Below are positions 54,550-57,710 of a stretch of 57,710 nucleotides of DNA, one piece after another. The notes under the pieces are model-generated. The model worked only from the letters and a program-made list of their open reading frames with translations. It made no database searches and had not been told where the DNA came from. The stretch is taken from the IMG/VR virus record IMGVR_UViG_3300045988_104231. One strand, 5' to 3'. The position numbers were made by a program, and so were the translations under genes. This DNA comes from a virus. Every line of letters starts with the position of its first letter. Positions within the stretch are counted from its first letter, which is position 1.

Positions 54550-55173
54550 ATGAAAGATTTATCATTAAACAAAGAGACAATGAGTTCAATCGAAGTATCT
54601 GAACTTACAGGGAAACGTCATGATGCTATCTTGCGTGACATCAGAAACTTACTATGTCAAGGGGTAAACGCCCACAATTTTGTGGAGGTTGAATATGTAG
54701 ATAAAAAGGGAGAAGCAAGGCCTTGTTTCGAACTAACTAAGAAAGGATGCCTGATACTTGCTTCTGGGTATGACGCTAAACTTCGTGAAAAAATTATCGA
54801 TCGATGGGAAGAACTGGAACTGGACAAATCTCCGAAAACTTTATCCCCTGCCGAGATCATCCTCCAGCAATCTCGTCTTCTTGTTGAGAACGAGAGAAAG
54901 ATAAGAGAGCTAGAGGCGACAACCGTTAAACTTCAAAACGATCTTGAAGAGGTGAATCAGAGAACCACTGCAAACCTTAATCAATCCACCATTGTCGCTT
55001 ACGTTACTAGAAATAACATCAAGCTGGAAGTTACGAAATACGGTGCGATGGGACGAAAGGCTACATCTATTTGCAAGAAGCGAGGCATAGAGATCACCAA
55101 GATAAACGATGTTCGCTGGGGTATGGTAAGCGTTTATCCGGATAGCGTGCTGGACGAGGTGTTTAATAAGTAA
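54550..55173 (+). CDS. Second Rha-family phage regulatory protein
   Basis: MSSIEVSELTGKRHDAILRDIRNLL...ELTKKGCLILASGYDAKLREKIIDRWEELE. Confidence 0.8.
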   Translation: MKDLSLNKETMSSIEVSELTGKRHDAILRDIRNLLCQGVNAHNFVEVEYVDKKGEARPCFELTKKGCLILASGYDAKLREKIIDRWEELELDKSPKTLSPAEIILQQSRLLVENERKIRELEATTVKLQNDLEEVNQRTTANLNQSTIVAYVTRNNIKLEVTKYGAMGRKATSICKKRGIEITKINDVRWGMVSVYPDSVLDEVFNK

Positions 55174-55282
55174 ATTTTTGTGACCAAATAATTATTCGAG
55201 GTACGGCGTAAGTACGTACGGCCAAGGCTTTAACCTATTGTGACTTGAAAATAATTGTGAAATATTAAAAGATTGATTGAAT

Positions 55283-55579
55283 ATGAAAGAGAACGAGATT
55301 AAAAGCATCGTCGTGAAAGCCGACGGTAACGAGATCAAGGTTGATCACGCTCATGAGTTGGTAATAGGGAGCTTGACCATAACCCCGGAAATGATGAGAG
55401 AGATAAAGAGTATGTCCACTTGCCTGTTCTCTAAGGATATGGACGATATGATAGATACGCTTATCAATTTGAGTTGCGAGGGTAATTACGAGGACGGGTA
55501 TATCATGGACAAGATGAGGGCCGTGTCATGCGTGAGGGACTTCTTGAGGGATATCGAGAAATCAAGATCAAGGGCTTGA
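55283..55579 (+). CDS. Hypothetical protein
   Basis: About 98-aa ORF. ATG at 55283. Confidence 0.45.
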   Translation: MKENEIKSIVVKADGNEIKVDHAHELVIGSLTITPEMMREIKSMSTCLFSKDMDDMIDTLINLSCEGNYEDGYIMDKMRAVSCVRDFLRDIEKSRSRA

Positions 55580-55662
55580 TATTACGCAGACAATAGTTAT
55601 CTTTGTGACAGAGCCAAAGAGCCGTACCGGAGACGTATTTGTCCCCGGGCGGCTCTTCTTAT
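55575..55662 (+). promoter_or_regulatory. Promoter + leader hairpin cassette 4 (diverged copy, closes the island and sits ahead of the 643-aa tail gene)
   Basis: CTTG 55575-55578, 19 nt, TATCTTTG 55598-55605. AGAGCCAAAGAGCC leader. Imperfect hairpin 55617-55657. ATG at 55673. Confidence 0.6.
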
Positions 55663-55672
55663 TTATAAGCGT

Positions 55673-57604
55673 ATGATAAAAGCTGTATTATTGATAGGGG
55701 GGAAGAGGTACGACGTGACGGATCACCTCAAGAACTGGGAGGATGTGGAGATATCGGCTAAGAGGAAGGATCTTGGAGGTGTCGTTCGATCCTTCTCCAA
55801 CAAGTTCGAGTTCGTGAAGGGGGCATACGACCTTCTTGAGGCCGAGTACCTATCCAATTATACGAAAGCCTCGGCCATATTGGTGATAGGCGTGTTGAAC
55901 GATAGCTGGGGGTATAACGAGAAGTTTCGTTGCAAGCTCGATTTCTCCACGTACCAGAGCGACGGGTATACGATATCCATAAACGCCATTGATGATAGCG
56001 TAGCGTCTATCATCAACGCCAACAAGTCACAGGTATACGATATCCCGGTGTCGGAGCTAAAGGAGAACGTTTTGTATTATGACAGGATCTATCTTAACAA
56101 CAATACGAAATGGTCCATAAATCCAAATGTGGATCAAACGCAAGATGACGTATATGAGGTTATCATAAATACAAAAGACATATATACGCTATTGCCAATA
56201 ACTTATATAGATACAAATTTTGCCGTAAAGAACATAATAGATGTGTCGGATCAAATATTGAGTATCCATGAGGCTACTGGCGACAATTATATGATAAAAG
56301 GGATTACGCCACATCCTATAAAAATAAGAATTTCCTTCAGTATCAAAGCTGGTAAGACTAGTGAGGAGATCGTATTGGCTTTGTTTTTTGTTATACTAAA
56401 CAAGGGAGGGGATATTTTACGGGAAGAAAGGACCTACATACCATTATCGGATACATATATAAATATAGATAAGACATTTGACATATCATTAAATCCGGAT
56501 GATAGATTTGCCGTTTATTTCAACTCGGCGGGAGGTCATAGCACTGATATTCATTTGACAATTAAGGATGTAAAAGACATATCCGTATCTTATATAGGTC
56601 GAAATAAGCCGGTGGAAATAGACACTTTCTCTCCTAAAAAACTATTATCCTCGTTATTGTCAAGGATGGGTGTGTCATTGTCCAGCGATATCGTCTCCGG
56701 TTCCATGCCCATACCTTGGATGATGGCCGCTGAGAGCGTGAGAGGAATAAAGGATGCGAAGGTCCATACGTCCTTCTCCAAGTTCTGTGATTTCGCCAAG
56801 GCGTTGCTTGGGTATGATTACGAGATACTGGATAATAGCGTGCGTTTCCGGCATATGAATGATTTCTTCGTCAATGAGACGAAAGAATTGGATCACGTGA
56901 GCAATATGGAGCTATCCGTGGATGAGTCGTTGATATACTCTGGGATTGAAATTGGATTCGACAAGCAGGACTATGATGAGATAAACGGGCGTGACGAGTT
57001 TCACTTCAAGAGCAGTTTCAGCACGGGATTGGACATAAAGGACAACATATTGTCATTGATAAGCCCGTATAGGGCAGATTGCTACGGATTGGAGTTCCTC
57101 GCTAACGAGCGTGACGAGGAATCCAAGGATACGGATTCCGACAATGACATATTCATTGCCCACGCTAGGAAAGATGGGGATAGATTAGTTCTGGTAAGAG
57201 AAGAGAATGGGGGAGCTATATATGCCGTTACGGGAGTATTGTTCCCCGACACTATCTTTAACGCCCCCTACTCGCCGAGAAATATGCTTCTCGTCAATAA
57301 GGAAAGGCTCGGGATATGCACGGATTACCTGTCTTTCACGGCCTCGGACGGAAACTCCTCAATATCGATAGGAGGCGTATCGGAGACCCTTCCTATATCC
57401 CTGCCGGTTAACGACCGGAGGATTAGGATCGATAAGGTGTCCTTGGAGACCCCGGGGTTATCCCCGTTCCCGGGTAATTACAGGGGCAAATTATCGTTCT
57501 CGTACGCAGGGAGATCGTACGAGGGATGGGTTAGCGAGATAACGGAGAAGATAGGGAAATACCAAACGGCATCCTATTCGCTGATATTGTCTAAAATTAC
57601 ATGA
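55673..57604 (+). CDS. Large tail protein (distal-tail / tail-tip candidate; function from position only)
   Basis: 643-aa ORF. It is the first structural gene after the tape measure once the island is ignored. Confidence 0.5.
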   Translation: MIKAVLLIGGKRYDVTDHLKNWEDVEISAKRKDLGGVVRSFSNKFEFVKGAYDLLEAEYLSNYTKASAILVIGVLNDSWGYNEKFRCKLDFSTYQSDGYTISINAIDDSVASIINANKSQVYDIPVSELKENVLYYDRIYLNNNTKWSINPNVDQTQDDVYEVIINTKDIYTLLPITYIDTNFAVKNIIDVSDQILSIHEATGDNYMIKGITPHPIKIRISFSIKAGKTSEEIVLALFFVILNKGGDILREERTYIPLSDTYINIDKTFDISLNPDDRFAVYFNSAGGHSTDIHLTIKDVKDISVSYIGRNKPVEIDTFSPKKLLSSLLSRMGVSLSSDIVSGSMPIPWMMAAESVRGIKDAKVHTSFSKFCDFAKALLGYDYEILDNSVRFRHMNDFFVNETKELDHVSNMELSVDESLIYSGIEIGFDKQDYDEINGRDEFHFKSSFSTGLDIKDNILSLISPYRADCYGLEFLANERDEESKDTDSDNDIFIAHARKDGDRLVLVREENGGAIYAVTGVLFPDTIFNAPYSPRNMLLVNKERLGICTDYLSFTASDGNSSISIGGVSETLPISLPVNDRRIRIDKVSLETPGLSPFPGNYRGKLSFSYAGRSYEGWVSEITEKIGKYQTASYSLILSKIT

Positions 57605-57610
57605 ATTTGT

Positions 57611-57710
57611 TTTGACAATTGATCCTTATCCCCTATATTTGTAGGACATAACAAAAAAGAAATTAGAGCCTAAGAGCCATACCCGGCGGGAGTCGTATCC
57701 TGCGGGGTAT
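57611..57710 (+). promoter_or_regulatory. Promoter + leader hairpin cassette 1 (continues into nt 1-50)
   Basis: TTTG 57611-57614, 19 nt, TATATTTG 57634-57641, then AAAGAAATTAGAGCCTAAGAGCCATACCC... identical to cassette 2. Confidence 0.7.

Larger units (their letters stand above)
1..57710. mobile_element. Complete circularly closed tailed-phage genome (siphovirus-like; unit length 57,669 bp)
   Basis: nt 1-41 are identical to nt 57670-57710. A full head/tail/lysis/replication gene set is present and genes read continuously across the junction. Confidence 0.85.

Noticed and set aside
57670-57710. Terminal 41-nt repeat as a true direct terminal repeat of the virion DNA
   Set aside because: The length is typical of an assembler k-mer overlap on a circular contig. 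The same sequence is also an internal dispersed repeat (38403-38443), so it cannot be taken as physical termini without read evidence.

Overview
The window is a complete, circularly closed tailed-phage genome: nt 1-41 are identical to nt 57670-57710, giving a unit length of 57,669 bp. It looks siphovirus-like (HK97-type head module, 1,140-aa tape measure). The host is probably a Bacteroidota member, based on repeated canonical TTTG-N19-20-TAnnTTTG promoters, a cargo gene with a T9SS C-terminal sorting domain, and a DUF4494 homologue. Plus strand: terS, terL, portal, prohead protease, capsid, connectors, tail and tape measure (35.5-49.2 kb). A 6.5-kb accessory island follows (49.2-55.7 kb) with a Bro-N fragment, two Rha regulators, a frameshifted BspA-like LRR/T9SS protein, a YafQ-RHH toxin-antitoxin pair and an XRE switch. 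After the island, continuing across the junction to 16.0 kb, come tail-tip genes, two compositionally mosaic tail fibres, holin/lysin, a HicAB moron and an 8-gene orphan block. Minus strand (16.0-35.4 kb): early and replication genes. These are Bro/KilAC, YopX, Dam plus a second MTase flanking an ACP homologue with Cys at the phosphopantetheine Ser position, DnaB, a loader, HNH, RuvC-like, a RecB-type nuclease::FtsK ATPase fusion and an SSAP-like protein. Two canonical tRNAs and several aberrant tRNA-like elements are interspersed. I found no integrase, CRISPR array or rRNA. Most notable observations: (1) four copies of a promoter + leader terminator-hairpin cassette ahead of late gene blocks, suggesting antitermination-type control; (2) a 280-bp perfect inverted repeat 32 kb apart; (3) the Ser-to-Cys ACP-like gene inside a methyltransferase module; (4) the nuclease-translocase fusion; (5) an A8-tract frameshift in a phage-borne secreted LRR protein. 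All family assignments come from motif recognition by eye, not database searches.
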